Below are positions 24,155 through 33,459 of a DNA stretch of 40,483 bases, in pieces. The notes under the pieces were generated by a model. That model was not told the origin of the DNA, did no database searches, and was given only the letters and a program-made list of their open reading frames with translations. Position 1 is the first letter of the stretch; each line of letters starts with the position of its first letter. The stretch is taken from the IMG/VR virus record IMGVR_UViG_3300037458_000312; one strand, written 5' to 3'. A program made the translations under genes and the position numbers. Origin of the DNA: a virus.

Positions 24155-24681
24155 GGTATAGCCAACTGATCGCGGCGTGCTACCGGGCGCAACCGGCGGC
24201 GATCTTGGAGATCGGGACGTGGAACGGAGAGCGGGCGCAGCAGATGCTCCAGGTGGCGCCGGGTGCGGTGTATTACGGGTTTGATCTGTTCGAGGATGCT
24301 ACCGAGCAGACGGATGCCGAAGAAATGAACGTAAAGCGGCACGACGTGCTGGCAGAAGTGGAAGTCAGGTTGCGCGGTTATCGCGCGCACCTGACGAAAG
24401 GCAATACACGGCACACGCTCGCGGACTTCTATCATCCGGTGGATTTTGTGTGGATGGACGGCGGGCATAGCGTGGAAACCATCGCCAGCGACTTTGCCAA
24501 TGTGCGTCGATTGGCAATGCCGGATGCGGAGATCTATCTGGACGACTACTACACCGGGCCGATTGATACGGACAAGTTCGGCTGCAACAGGCTGGTGGCC
24601 GGATTGCGGCATGACGTGTTGCCGGTGACCGATCCAGTGAGCGGAGGAGGGTTCGTGCAGATGGTGCGGGTGTGGCTATGA
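24151..24681 (+). CDS. Class I SAM-dependent methyltransferase
   Basis: AILEIGTWNGERA (motif I), YYGFDLFED, FVWMDGGHS; ATGA coupling. Confidence 0.7.
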   Translation: MRYSQLIAACYRAQPAAILEIGTWNGERAQQMLQVAPGAVYYGFDLFEDATEQTDAEEMNVKRHDVLAEVEVRLRGYRAHLTKGNTRHTLADFYHPVDFVWMDGGHSVETIASDFANVRRLAMPDAEIYLDDYYTGPIDTDKFGCNRLVAGLRHDVLPVTDPVSGGGFVQMVRVWL

Positions 24682-25607
24682 GCATCACGCAGAGAATCGA
24701 CGCAGTAACCCGAATCGGCGAGAAGTATCTGGGCACCGTCCTGCCGGCGCCGCGCAGCGTCAAGATCGAACTGACGGCGAATTGCAACTATCGCTGCCGG
24801 TTCTGCGTGAAGTCGCTGCGCCCAGACGATGGGGAGATGTCGCGGGCGTTCTACTCGCGCATCATCCGCGAGATGCGCGCTGACGGGGTGGAAGAACTAG
24901 GCGTGTTCTACATCGGCGAATCGTTCACCTGCAAGTGGTTGCCGGAAGCGATAGCCGAGGCGAAGATGATCGGCTACCCGTATGTGTTCTTGACCACCAA
25001 CGGGGCGGCGAGTCATCCCGACAAGGTCAAGGCGTGCATGGAAGCTGGGCTGGATAGCCTCAAGTTCAGCATCAACTTCTACGACAAGGAGCAGTTTGCC
25101 GACGTGGCGCAGGTCAAGCCACGGCTGTATGACACGGCGATCAGCAACCTGAAGGCGGCGCGGGAGCGGCGGGCGCTGGGGCAGTACCGCACCAAGATTT
25201 ATGCGTCGTCCATTGCGTTCGATGGCGAGCAGGGCACCAAGATGCAGGGCGTCGTCGATGAGATCCGGCCCTTTGTCGATGAGTTCTACTGGCTGCCGTT
25301 GTACGGCATGGGCGGTGCGGCGAAGGAGGCGGGCTGGAAGCCGCAGCCCGGCAATCCTGGGCGGTTGGCGGCGATGCGCGATCCGCTGCCCTGCTGGAGT
25401 GTGTTCACGGAGGGGCACATTACCAAGGACGGGCTGATGTCCGCGTGCTGCTTTGGGCATGGAGTGGACGATGACATGGTAATGGCGGATCTCAACCAAG
25501 TGTCGTTTATGGATGGCTGGAATTCGGCCAAGTATCAGGCATTGCGGGCTGCGCATCTGGCGAAGGATGTCACCGGCACGCCTTGCGAAACGTGTGCAGC
25601 AGCATGA
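24678..25607 (+). CDS. Radical SAM enzyme with a Cys-rich SPASM/twitch-like C-terminus
   Basis: ELTANCNYRCRFCV (CxxxCxxC); C-terminal PCWSVFTEGHITKDGLMSACCFGHG...PCETC; ATG 24678 forms ATGA with the MTase stop. Confidence 0.75.
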   Translation: MSITQRIDAVTRIGEKYLGTVLPAPRSVKIELTANCNYRCRFCVKSLRPDDGEMSRAFYSRIIREMRADGVEELGVFYIGESFTCKWLPEAIAEAKMIGYPYVFLTTNGAASHPDKVKACMEAGLDSLKFSINFYDKEQFADVAQVKPRLYDTAISNLKAARERRALGQYRTKIYASSIAFDGEQGTKMQGVVDEIRPFVDEFYWLPLYGMGGAAKEAGWKPQPGNPGRLAAMRDPLPCWSVFTEGHITKDGLMSACCFGHGVDDDMVMADLNQVSFMDGWNSAKYQALRAAHLAKDVTGTPCETCAAA

Positions 25608-26314
25608 TCCCTATCTACCTTGGTTACGATCCGCGCGAGGCGGCGGCGTATCACGTTGCCTGTCAGAGCATTCTCGAGCGGGCGAGCGAGCCGGTGTGTT
25701 TTGTGCCGTTGGCGTTGAGCCTGCTGCGTGAGTACGACAACAGCGGAAAGGATGGCAGCAACCACTTCATCTACAGCCGGTTCCTGGTGCCGTATCTCGA
25801 GCGGTGGGGCGCGCAGCACAAGCACGCGATATACATGGATTCGGACGTGCTGTTGCGCACCGACATTGCCGAGCTATGGGCCCTGCGCAAGCACGATGTA
25901 GGCGTGCAGGTAGTCAAGCACGATTACAAGACGACGCACGCGCGGAAGTATCTGGGCACGCCGCTGGAAAGCGATAACGAGAATTACCCCTGCAAGAATT
26001 GGAGCAGCGTCATGTTGTGGAATTGCGGATTCATGGAAAACCGCAAGCTCACGCCTGATTTCGTTGCCGGTGCGACGGGCTCATTCCTGCATCGGTTCGA
26101 GTGGTTGTCGCCTAGCCGACTTGGCAGCCTGCCGATAGAGTTTAACTGGTTGGTGCGCGAGTATCCCAAGAACGATTCTGCCAAGTTGCTGCACCACACG
26201 TTGGGCTCGCCGTGCCTGGGTGGCGAGCATTGGGATCAAGAGGGCGGCCATGAGTGGCGCCGCACGCTCAAGAATGCGCTGGCGCCGATGGGCGGGCCGG
26301 CTGCGATGGGATAA
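25604..26314 (+). CDS. GT8-like glycosyltransferase
   Basis: ATG 25604 forms ATGA with the radical SAM stop; FIYSRFLVPYL, IYMDSDVLL (DxD), NWSSVMLWN. Confidence 0.6.
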   Translation: MIPIYLGYDPREAAAYHVACQSILERASEPVCFVPLALSLLREYDNSGKDGSNHFIYSRFLVPYLERWGAQHKHAIYMDSDVLLRTDIAELWALRKHDVGVQVVKHDYKTTHARKYLGTPLESDNENYPCKNWSSVMLWNCGFMENRKLTPDFVAGATGSFLHRFEWLSPSRLGSLPIEFNWLVREYPKNDSAKLLHHTLGSPCLGGEHWDQEGGHEWRRTLKNALAPMGGPAAMG

Positions 26315-26317
26315 CAC

Positions 26318-26917
26318 ATGGCGCTTGCGAACTACACGGACCTGAAGGCGGCGGTAGCGGCGTGGCTCGCCCGTAGTGACCTCACATCGCAAATCCCCGA
26401 CTTCGTCACGCTGTGCGAGGCGAAGCTGAATCGTCTGCTGCGTTGCCGGCAGATGGAGCAGCGGAGCACGGCGACGGCTACGGAATTTATGGAGTTGCCG
26501 ACGGGGTTTCTCGAGCTTCGCAATATCCAGCTAAACGAAACGCCCAAGGTGCCGTTGTCGCTGATGGCTCCAGAGTACGGTGATCTCGTCTACAGCGGAG
26601 CGACCGGAAATCCGCTGTACTACGCGATCCTCGCCAATCAGTTGCAGTTGATCCCGGCGCCGGATGGAACGTACACGGTGGAGGTTGATTATTACGAAGT
26701 GATCCCGCCGATGGCGAGCAATGCGACCAACTGGCTGCTGACGGCGGCGCCTGACATTTACCTGTACGGGTCGCTGCTCGAGGCGTCGGGTTATTTGCAG
26801 GATGACCCGCGGGTGCCCGCGTGGAATGCGGCGTATACGCAGGTATTGCAGCAATTGCAGTCCGCTGATCGGCGGGCTAAGTGGAGTGGCTCGCAGATGG
26901 TAGTGCGGCCGGCTTAG
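26318..26917 (+). CDS. Head-tail adaptor / head-completion protein (candidate)
   Basis: YTDLKAAVAAWLARSDLTSQIPDFVTLCEAKLNRLLR pattern typical of podovirus connector-region proteins; first gene after the cassette. Confidence 0.45.
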   Translation: MALANYTDLKAAVAAWLARSDLTSQIPDFVTLCEAKLNRLLRCRQMEQRSTATATEFMELPTGFLELRNIQLNETPKVPLSLMAPEYGDLVYSGATGNPLYYAILANQLQLIPAPDGTYTVEVDYYEVIPPMASNATNWLLTAAPDIYLYGSLLEASGYLQDDPRVPAWNAAYTQVLQQLQSADRRAKWSGSQMVVRPA

Positions 26918-26928
26918 GAGAATGAGAG

Positions 26929-27357
26929 ATGGCATTGGATCTTGATTATTCTGCGGCGCTGCTAAAAGCCCAGATGGACGCAATCACGACGACGGTAGGC
27001 AATGCAGCGTTGCTGCGCATTTATGGCGGCACCAAGCCTGCCGGTCCTGGCACTACGACGGCAGAAACATTGTTGGCCGAGTTGACGTGCGGTAGCCCGT
27101 TTGCAAGCGGGGCCACTTCAGCAGTCCCGAGCGTGCTCACGGTTACGGACCCGACAACTGCCAATGCTTCCGCATCGGGCACGCCAACGTGGTGGCGCAT
27201 TGCGGCATCTGGCGCAGCAGCGGGAGCGGCAGGATTCATTGATGGTACAGCGGGGCAATCGGGTACTGCAGGCGTGGATTACGAGATGATTATCGGAGCC
27301 ACCACTTCCGGTCAGCCTGTCAACGTTACAGCTTTCACGCTTACCAGTGGGACGTAA
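26929..27357 (+). CDS. Virion-region protein, Thr/Ala/Gly-rich
   Basis: Track ORF; genomic context. Confidence 0.5.
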   Translation: MALDLDYSAALLKAQMDAITTTVGNAALLRIYGGTKPAGPGTTTAETLLAELTCGSPFASGATSAVPSVLTVTDPTTANASASGTPTWWRIAASGAAAGAAGFIDGTAGQSGTAGVDYEMIIGATTSGQPVNVTAFTLTSGT

Positions 27358-27365
27358 GCAGTAAC

Positions 27366-27584
27366 GTGCTCCCTCCTGCCAGCCTCTTTGACGACGTGGT
27401 GCTGCTGGCCACGCTCAAGTCGATCAGTTGTCACTTCGACGGCGGGCAGCGGTGCGAGATCAAGTGGGTGATCGACGGCGCGCACGGGCACGAGGGGCAA
27501 CTGCGGGTGCAGACGGTGAGCAAAGAGCAGGCGGAGTTGCTGAAGGCGGGCGACGTGTACGGGTTACACCTTAGGAGATTGTGA
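27366..27584 (+). CDS. Hypothetical small protein (GTG start)
   Basis: Track ORF. Confidence 0.4.
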   Translation: MLPPASLFDDVVLLATLKSISCHFDGGQRCEIKWVIDGAHGHEGQLRVQTVSKEQAELLKAGDVYGLHLRRL

Positions 27585-28069
27585 TGGCTCTATCGGTTGA
27601 GCAGTTGGCAACACTCAAGGCGGCCATCGCTGCCGACCCGGTGCTCAATGCGCTGCCAAACAATACTGACAGCGCGTTCGAGATTGCCTATCAGATGAAT
27701 CAGCCGGCCAGCCCTGACTTCATCGTGTGGAAGTCGAACGTGTCGGTCGACAAAATCATGCGCAACGGCATGGCATGGGACAGGGTCGACAATTTGTCGG
27801 TAGGCAAGGCGCGAATTTGGGATTGGATGACGCGCCTTGGCGTCTTCGACGCCAGCAAGGCTAACATCCGCGCTGGAATCGACGCCGCTTGGGTTGGCAC
27901 CGCCGCCGATCTCGCGGTCAGGGCGACGGTGTACACGCACTGCAAGCGCAAAGCTACGCGCTGCGAGAAGTTGCTGGCATCGGGAACCGGCAGCGAGGCG
28001 GCGCCGGCAACGATGACGTTCGAAGGCAATCTGTCGTACCAAGACGCATTCAACGCAAGGAATAGTTAA
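27584..28069 (+). CDS. Virion-region protein
   Basis: ATG 27584 follows AGGAG and overlaps the upstream TGA. Confidence 0.5.
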   Translation: MALSVEQLATLKAAIAADPVLNALPNNTDSAFEIAYQMNQPASPDFIVWKSNVSVDKIMRNGMAWDRVDNLSVGKARIWDWMTRLGVFDASKANIRAGIDAAWVGTAADLAVRATVYTHCKRKATRCEKLLASGTGSEAAPATMTFEGNLSYQDAFNARNS

Positions 28070-28071
28070 TC

Positions 28072-28596
28072 ATGGCCGGCGACATCAAAGGCAAGTACAG
28101 CGCCGCCTCGACGGCAATGACGGTGACGAACTTGCACTCGCTGGCTTCGTCGCAGACGTGGATCGCGGGCTGGACTAGCGCGAGTGTCGCCAATACCAGC
28201 AACGTCGACCTCGACTATCTGGTGGGCGCTACGTTCACCACGCACGCCAGCAACCGACAGGCTGGGTCGATCAACATCTGGGTCATCGCCTCGCTGAACG
28301 ACACGCCGACGTGGCCGACAACGGCAAGCGGAACGCCGGGAACCGAGGGCGCACTGTCGTTCACGGCAGCGGAACAGGTCAACGCCTGCGCTCGCTTGCT
28401 CGGGTCGATTACAGTCAACAACACCGCCTCGCAGGTCTACGCCTTCCCGCAGACATCCATCGCGCAATTGTTCGGCTATGTGCCGACGCACTGGTGCCTG
28501 TACATCGCGCAAAACGCGGCGACAACTACCGCTGCCGGATTGGCGTCAAGTGGATCAGCGGTGTACTACACGCGCACCATCAACCAATACACCTGA
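28072..28596 (+). CDS. Virion-region protein, Ser/Thr-rich
   Basis: Track ORF. Confidence 0.5.
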   Translation: MAGDIKGKYSAASTAMTVTNLHSLASSQTWIAGWTSASVANTSNVDLDYLVGATFTTHASNRQAGSINIWVIASLNDTPTWPTTASGTPGTEGALSFTAAEQVNACARLLGSITVNNTASQVYAFPQTSIAQLFGYVPTHWCLYIAQNAATTTAAGLASSGSAVYYTRTINQYT

Positions 28597-28645
28597 TCGT
28601 GCTCCGCTTCGCTCTCTCCGCTAACCCGCTTGAGGTGGACGGCTG

Positions 28646-29926
28646 ATGGCGCGCACGCGGCAACCGCAGGGGGCGGCGGCGCTCAGTAGATACTTTGCGG
28701 AAAACGCATCGGTCGTTTATTGCCCGTCACTTGGTGCGCGCAATCTGGTCAATGGCAAGGCTCTTACGGTTGGCTCGACGCCGCCGACGCTGACGCCAAC
28801 AAAGGATGGTCTTGGGTCCAAGTGGGACACCAGCACACATTTGTCGCATGTCGTGTTGGGGAATGCCAATGAGCTTTACTCATCAACATCGGCGACATTG
28901 TTGTTGCTGCGTAACTTTTGGGGGATTGCATCTGAATCCGCTGAGTTTGGTTTCAATGTCTCCACGAGTGAGCGGTTTTTATGTCACGCGCCGTGGTCGG
29001 ATGGAAACTTGTATTTCGATCCGAGCAACGCTTCCACAAATCGCGTTACGGTTTCCGGGCAAACGTGGACAGCAGGAAAAACGGATGCGCTGGCGTTTGG
29101 ATCCTCGACCACCGGGCGCGGCACTGAGGTATGGCGTGACGGCAAGTTGATTGGATCGGGGGCGGCTACCACGCTAGACATGGAGGCGCAGCCCTTTTAC
29201 TTTGGGGGAATGCCTAAGGGTTCTGAAGTTGAAATTAATCTAAACCCAACTCAATCAAGCGGTCTGCTGATTGCGCTGTTCCCGCGCGAGTTGCCGCAAG
29301 AGCTAATCAGAGACTGGAGCGCGAACCCGTGGGGCGTCACATTCGCCCCGCAGCGCCGCCTCTGGATTCAGCTTGGCGCGGCGGCGGGGGGCGGGGTTGA
29401 TGCCGATGTCGCTGGTACGCAGGCGACAGATGTTGGTGCAATAGCCGTAGAGGCCACTACCGGCGCAGCATTAGCAGGAACACAAGCGACAGATGTTGGC
29501 GCCATAACAGTTGAAGCAACAACGGGCGCTGCCATCGCTGGCACGCAGGCGGGTGATGTTGGAGCAATAACAGCAGAGGCCACTACCGGAGCGGACATTG
29601 CTGGCGTACAGGCCAGCGATAGGGCTGCGGTAGAAGTCACTGCCAGCACGGGCGAAACAGAAGCGGTTATTGCTGGGGCGCAGGCGAGCGATGTTGGCGC
29701 TGTCGATGTAGAGGCTACGCTTGGTCTGTCCATTGCGGGCACGCAAGCAAGCGATCTTGGTTACATCGTTGTTGAGGCAACATTGCCGGCCACAATGGCC
29801 GGAACGCAAATGAGTGACGTTGCAGCTATCGCGGTGCTAGGAACGAGCATTTGGACCGATGTCGGCGTAAGTGCGGCGACGTGGACGGATGTGGGCGGGG
29901 CATCCTCTATTTGGACGGACGTGTAA
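28646..29926 (+). CDS. Tail fiber/decoration-like protein: LamG/ConA-like N-terminal domain plus seven 21-aa tandem repeats plus 3x WTDVG
   Basis: The N-terminal ~240 aa fit a Laminin_G_3-like pattern (…WTAGKTDALAFGSS…EVWRDGKLIG). Repeats are seen directly in the translation. Confidence 0.55.
   Translation: MARTRQPQGAAALSRYFAENASVVYCPSLGARNLVNGKALTVGSTPPTLTPTKDGLGSKWDTSTHLSHVVLGNANELYSSTSATLLLLRNFWGIASESAEFGFNVSTSERFLCHAPWSDGNLYFDPSNASTNRVTVSGQTWTAGKTDALAFGSSTTGRGTEVWRDGKLIGSGAATTLDMEAQPFYFGGMPKGSEVEINLNPTQSSGLLIALFPRELPQELIRDWSANPWGVTFAPQRRLWIQLGAAAGGGVDADVAGTQATDVGAIAVEATTGAALAGTQATDVGAITVEATTGAAIAGTQAGDVGAITAEATTGADIAGVQASDRAAVEVTASTGETEAVIAGAQASDVGAVDVEATLGLSIAGTQASDLGYIVVEATLPATMAGTQMSDVAAIAVLGTSIWTDVGVSAATWTDVGGASSIWTDV
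29411..29848 (+). repeat. In-frame imperfect tandem repeat, about 63 bp x 7 (AGTQA[ST]DVGAI.VEATTGA.I)
   Basis: Read from the translation and DNA; units diverge at synonymous sites. Confidence 0.85.
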
Positions 29927-31422
29927 TGCCGACGCAAATTGCTCCGGTGGTGTATTGCCCTGATCTTGACTCGAGGAACATCCCGGGATCGGCGGTGGAC
30001 ATGAAATATTGGGCGCCCCTGCGCTCGGGTTTCATGGGCAGCGTCGGCATTGTCGATCTGTGGACAACGGTTTATCTGGTGACGCTGGCGAAGACGTTTC
30101 GCAGCGTATCCGGCGGGACGGCGCGGTTTATCGTGTTTGGCGATACGACGATCGACGAGTATTCCGCAACCGGCACCAAGACCAACCGCGGCACGGGCTA
30201 CACCACGGGGAACCTCGGCTGGAGCGCAACGCAGTGGGGCGACCAGATCATCGCCACCAACTACTCCGACGCTCCGCAGTCATCGACGGGCGCCGGTTTT
30301 ACCGCGTTGTCTGGCTCGCCGCCGAAGGCGCGGTTGGTGGCGTCCAACATAAACTTTGTCATGCTGGCCGATACCAATGATGGAGTAGCGGCCTATGCGG
30401 ACGAGGTGTTTTGGAGCGGAATCCAGAACCCGGTGGCGTGGACGCCAAGCCTCGCCACGCAGTGCGGGAGAATCCGGCTGCTGGACGCACCGGGCCCGAT
30501 TACGCAGCTTGTCGCGTTCAGAGACAAGTTTTATGCGTTCAAGGAAAACTCGATCTTTGTCGGCGAGTACGTCGGACCGCCATATTTCTTCCAATGGCGG
30601 TTGATCTCGTCGCGCATCGGGGCGTGCGGTTACTACAACCAGGGCGTAACCGAGTGCAATGATCGTCTGTACTTCGCCCACGCCAGCGGATTATACGAGT
30701 TCGATGGGGCGCAACTGCGCAACGTCGGCGAGCCCGTGTGGCGAACGATCCTGGACGCTACGGGATTCGGCGGCAACCCCAAGACCGGGACAACAGGGGC
30801 GCCGTTGTCCACGATGCGGTTAGTGGTGGAGGATGTAGAGGGCGTGGTGTGGTTGATGGCGTACACGTTGCTCAGTCCCAACTACATTCCCTACACCTGG
30901 GGCTATAACACGCTCACCGGCAAGTGGGCCGCGGTTGGAGAGGATGCAACGTCGGCGGATTTACTGGCCCCGGCAACGTGGGTGCAGACGACGACGAGCG
31001 ACATGCGCAAGTTTCTCGGGTCGGCCGCCAACGCAGCGGGGCGCGTGTGGAGGGTGAGCAATGTCTACACGCCGAGCAAGTTGCAGGAGTTTCGCTATCC
31101 TGCCGATTGGACGGTGGCGGGGAGCCTGACTACGGGGCTGGCCGGATCGATCGAGCAATCAACGACCATTACCGGGCTGCAATATCGGATCGTTTTCGGG
31201 TCGGATGCCACGCCGTTTGCCAGTTGTTCGTTCAACGGCTACGCAACGGAAACGAAGCTCACTAACGCAACGTCCGCATCGGGTGCGGTGAATGCCGATC
31301 TTGATCGGTTCGATGTTACGCATTCGGCGCGCTTTCACAATGCGGTGCTCACGGGCACGGTCGGAGAGACGTGCATTCTGGCCGGCATTGGCCTGGAAGT
31401 ACCGCCGCGCGGGGTGCGCTGA
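29926..31422 (+). CDS. Large tail-associated structural protein (function unknown)
   Basis: ATG 29926 overlaps the upstream TAA (TAATG); 498 aa. Confidence 0.5.
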   Translation: MPTQIAPVVYCPDLDSRNIPGSAVDMKYWAPLRSGFMGSVGIVDLWTTVYLVTLAKTFRSVSGGTARFIVFGDTTIDEYSATGTKTNRGTGYTTGNLGWSATQWGDQIIATNYSDAPQSSTGAGFTALSGSPPKARLVASNINFVMLADTNDGVAAYADEVFWSGIQNPVAWTPSLATQCGRIRLLDAPGPITQLVAFRDKFYAFKENSIFVGEYVGPPYFFQWRLISSRIGACGYYNQGVTECNDRLYFAHASGLYEFDGAQLRNVGEPVWRTILDATGFGGNPKTGTTGAPLSTMRLVVEDVEGVVWLMAYTLLSPNYIPYTWGYNTLTGKWAAVGEDATSADLLAPATWVQTTTSDMRKFLGSAANAAGRVWRVSNVYTPSKLQEFRYPADWTVAGSLTTGLAGSIEQSTTITGLQYRIVFGSDATPFASCSFNGYATETKLTNATSASGAVNADLDRFDVTHSARFHNAVLTGTVGETCILAGIGLEVPPRGVR

Positions 31423-31973
31423 TGTTCCGCTGGCCGGTTCTGCCGCGCGTGCCAGAGTGGGGCGGCAACGGCAATCGTCTGGTTGAGCGGTTGCGTGAGC
31501 TGTTTGTGGAGTACGCCAAGATCGGGCGGCAGGATCAGTGCCCGCCTACGCTGCGGCGGACGATGGCGGCAACGCAGGCGGTATCGGCGAACGCGGCGAC
31601 CAAGGTGACGTTCGGCACTGCCGGCGGGTGGGACACGCACGGCTACTGGGACGCGACTAATTATCGGTACACGCCGCTGGACTACAGCGGCTACTACCGG
31701 GTGAGCGCCAAGTTGTCGTTCGATCCGATGACGGTGACGACGGCCAACCGGCGCTGCGCGATCTACGTCAACGGGGCCGAGTATTCGTCGGTCACGGTGC
31801 CGCAGACGACCGGGCTGCGGGTGATGGTGCTGACTACCGATCTGGTGGCGCTCAACGGTTCCACCGATTACGTCGAAGTGTTCTGCATCGCGGGGGATGC
31901 GGTGACGGTGGAAGCGGAAACCTACCGCACGTCGCTGGCGATCGAGTACGTCGGCGCAAATCAAATCCTCTGA
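31422..31973 (+). CDS. Tail fiber-like protein with a possible C1q/TNF-like jelly-roll C-terminus
   Basis: ATG 31422 overlaps the upstream TGA; YYRVSAKLSFDP...IYVNGAEYS...VEVFC pattern. Confidence 0.4.
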   Translation: MFRWPVLPRVPEWGGNGNRLVERLRELFVEYAKIGRQDQCPPTLRRTMAATQAVSANAATKVTFGTAGGWDTHGYWDATNYRYTPLDYSGYYRVSAKLSFDPMTVTTANRRCAIYVNGAEYSSVTVPQTTGLRVMVLTTDLVALNGSTDYVEVFCIAGDAVTVEAETYRTSLAIEYVGANQIL

Positions 31974-32386
31974 TGCTTTCTATTGCCGCGATGACGGGTC
32001 CGCAAGTGCGGCAGGAGTGGGGCTGGATCAGAAACGGGCTGCTCGAGATCATCGGGCGCTGCCAGGAGCGGTATAGCCCAGAAGATGTGTGGGTCGCCAT
32101 TCTCGGCAAGGATGCCTATGTGTGGCGCATTACGCTTGCGCACGACGATATTGGGTTTCTGGTGCTGCGGCAGCAGAGCGATCCTGATGGCCCGGTGCTG
32201 TTCATCTGGTGCGTTTGGGCGGAGCCCGGTGCGCTGGCCAAGCACAGCGCGGAGTTGTTTGAGCGGTTAAAGGAAGTGGCACACAGGATTGGTGCCGTGC
32301 GCTTGCGGATGGAGTCATCGCGCAAGGGTTGGGCTGCGCTGCCGTTGTTTGACGAGCGAGCCGTCATTTACGAAGCCGAGGTGTGA
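31973..32386 (+). CDS. Hypothetical protein (GNAT-like fold possible)
   Basis: Track ORF; TGATG overlap; the fold similarity is weak. Confidence 0.4.
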   Translation: MLSIAAMTGPQVRQEWGWIRNGLLEIIGRCQERYSPEDVWVAILGKDAYVWRITLAHDDIGFLVLRQQSDPDGPVLFIWCVWAEPGALAKHSAELFERLKEVAHRIGAVRLRMESSRKGWAALPLFDERAVIYEAEV

Positions 32387-32387
32387 A

Positions 32388-33455
32388 ATGGGCGGGAACA
32401 GCGGGGCCGTGCAGTCTTCCACGCAGGTATCGGAGCCGTGGGCGGAACTCAAAACGCCGATGTTGGAAACGATCAGTGCGGCCAAGAATCTCTACAGCCA
32501 GCCTTACCAGCAATACAGCGGGCAGACGGTCGCCGGCCCGTCAGATAGCACCCTGTCCGGGTATGACCTGGGAACGATGCGGGCCGTCATGGGGGCGCCC
32601 GATCTCAACGCCGCGCGAGGCTCGACGGCGGACATCAGCGGCGGCAACTTCTTTGGCGCCGGGCCGACGGCCACCAACAACTATCTGCAATCGCTGGCCG
32701 GCGGGACGGCGAATAGCCCGAGCGCGAGCAATGCGTGGCTGAACAGCACCGCGCAGGGCCAGAACCTTGCCGCCAACCCGTACCTCACGGATGCGTACAC
32801 CAACAACGCCATAGGATTCAACGCGCAGCAGATGGGCAACGCCTTCGCCACGGGGCAGGCGGCGCAGAACGACGCGCTGGCCGCGCGCGGAGGAGCCTTC
32901 GGCGGCAGTGCGTGGCAGCAGAAGCAGGGCGCGGACGCTGCGGCGATGGCGCAGCAGGTAGGCAACATGGCGAACCAGTACCAACTGGGCTTGCAGGGGA
33001 TGAAGTCGAGCGATTACAACAATGCGGTGCAGGCGGCGCTATCCGCGGCGGGGCAGCGGCAGGCGGCGTATGGCCAAGATACCAACACCGCGCTGAACGC
33101 CGCCGGGCTCCAGCAGGGCGCGTACCAATCCGACATGGGAAACATGCTCCAGGCGAATGCGCTAGCCGGGCAGTTGTCGCAGGACGATTGGCGCGGGGCG
33201 GATTACCTGCGCAGCATCGGCGCCCAGCAGGAGGGGTATCAGCAGAAGTTGCTGGATTCGGCCCGGGGCAGTTGGCAGGAGGCGATGAATGCACCCTATG
33301 CGCAGATGAACGCTTACAAGGACATCCTGGCGCAGTTTGGCGGCATGGGCAGTACCGGCACGCAGAGCCTGTACGGGGGCGGACAAAGCCCGCTTGGAAC
33401 GGTCGCCGGGTTGGGGCTGCTGGGCGCCGGGGCGTACAACGCATTCAGGGGATGA
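32388..33455 (+). CDS. Internal virion/ejection-type protein (Gln/Ala/Asn/Gly-rich)
   Basis: Internal ATG of track ORF 32289..33455; composition and podovirus gene order. Confidence 0.45.
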   Translation: MGGNSGAVQSSTQVSEPWAELKTPMLETISAAKNLYSQPYQQYSGQTVAGPSDSTLSGYDLGTMRAVMGAPDLNAARGSTADISGGNFFGAGPTATNNYLQSLAGGTANSPSASNAWLNSTAQGQNLAANPYLTDAYTNNAIGFNAQQMGNAFATGQAAQNDALAARGGAFGGSAWQQKQGADAAAMAQQVGNMANQYQLGLQGMKSSDYNNAVQAALSAAGQRQAAYGQDTNTALNAAGLQQGAYQSDMGNMLQANALAGQLSQDDWRGADYLRSIGAQQEGYQQKLLDSARGSWQEAMNAPYAQMNAYKDILAQFGGMGSTGTQSLYGGGQSPLGTVAGLGLLGAGAYNAFRG

Positions 33456-33459
33456 CGCT

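Noticed and set aside
29411-29848. Regular ~63-bp repeats that could be mistaken for a CRISPR array
   Set aside because: The repeats are contiguous with no unique spacers, lie in frame inside a long ORF, and are conserved at the protein level rather than the DNA level.
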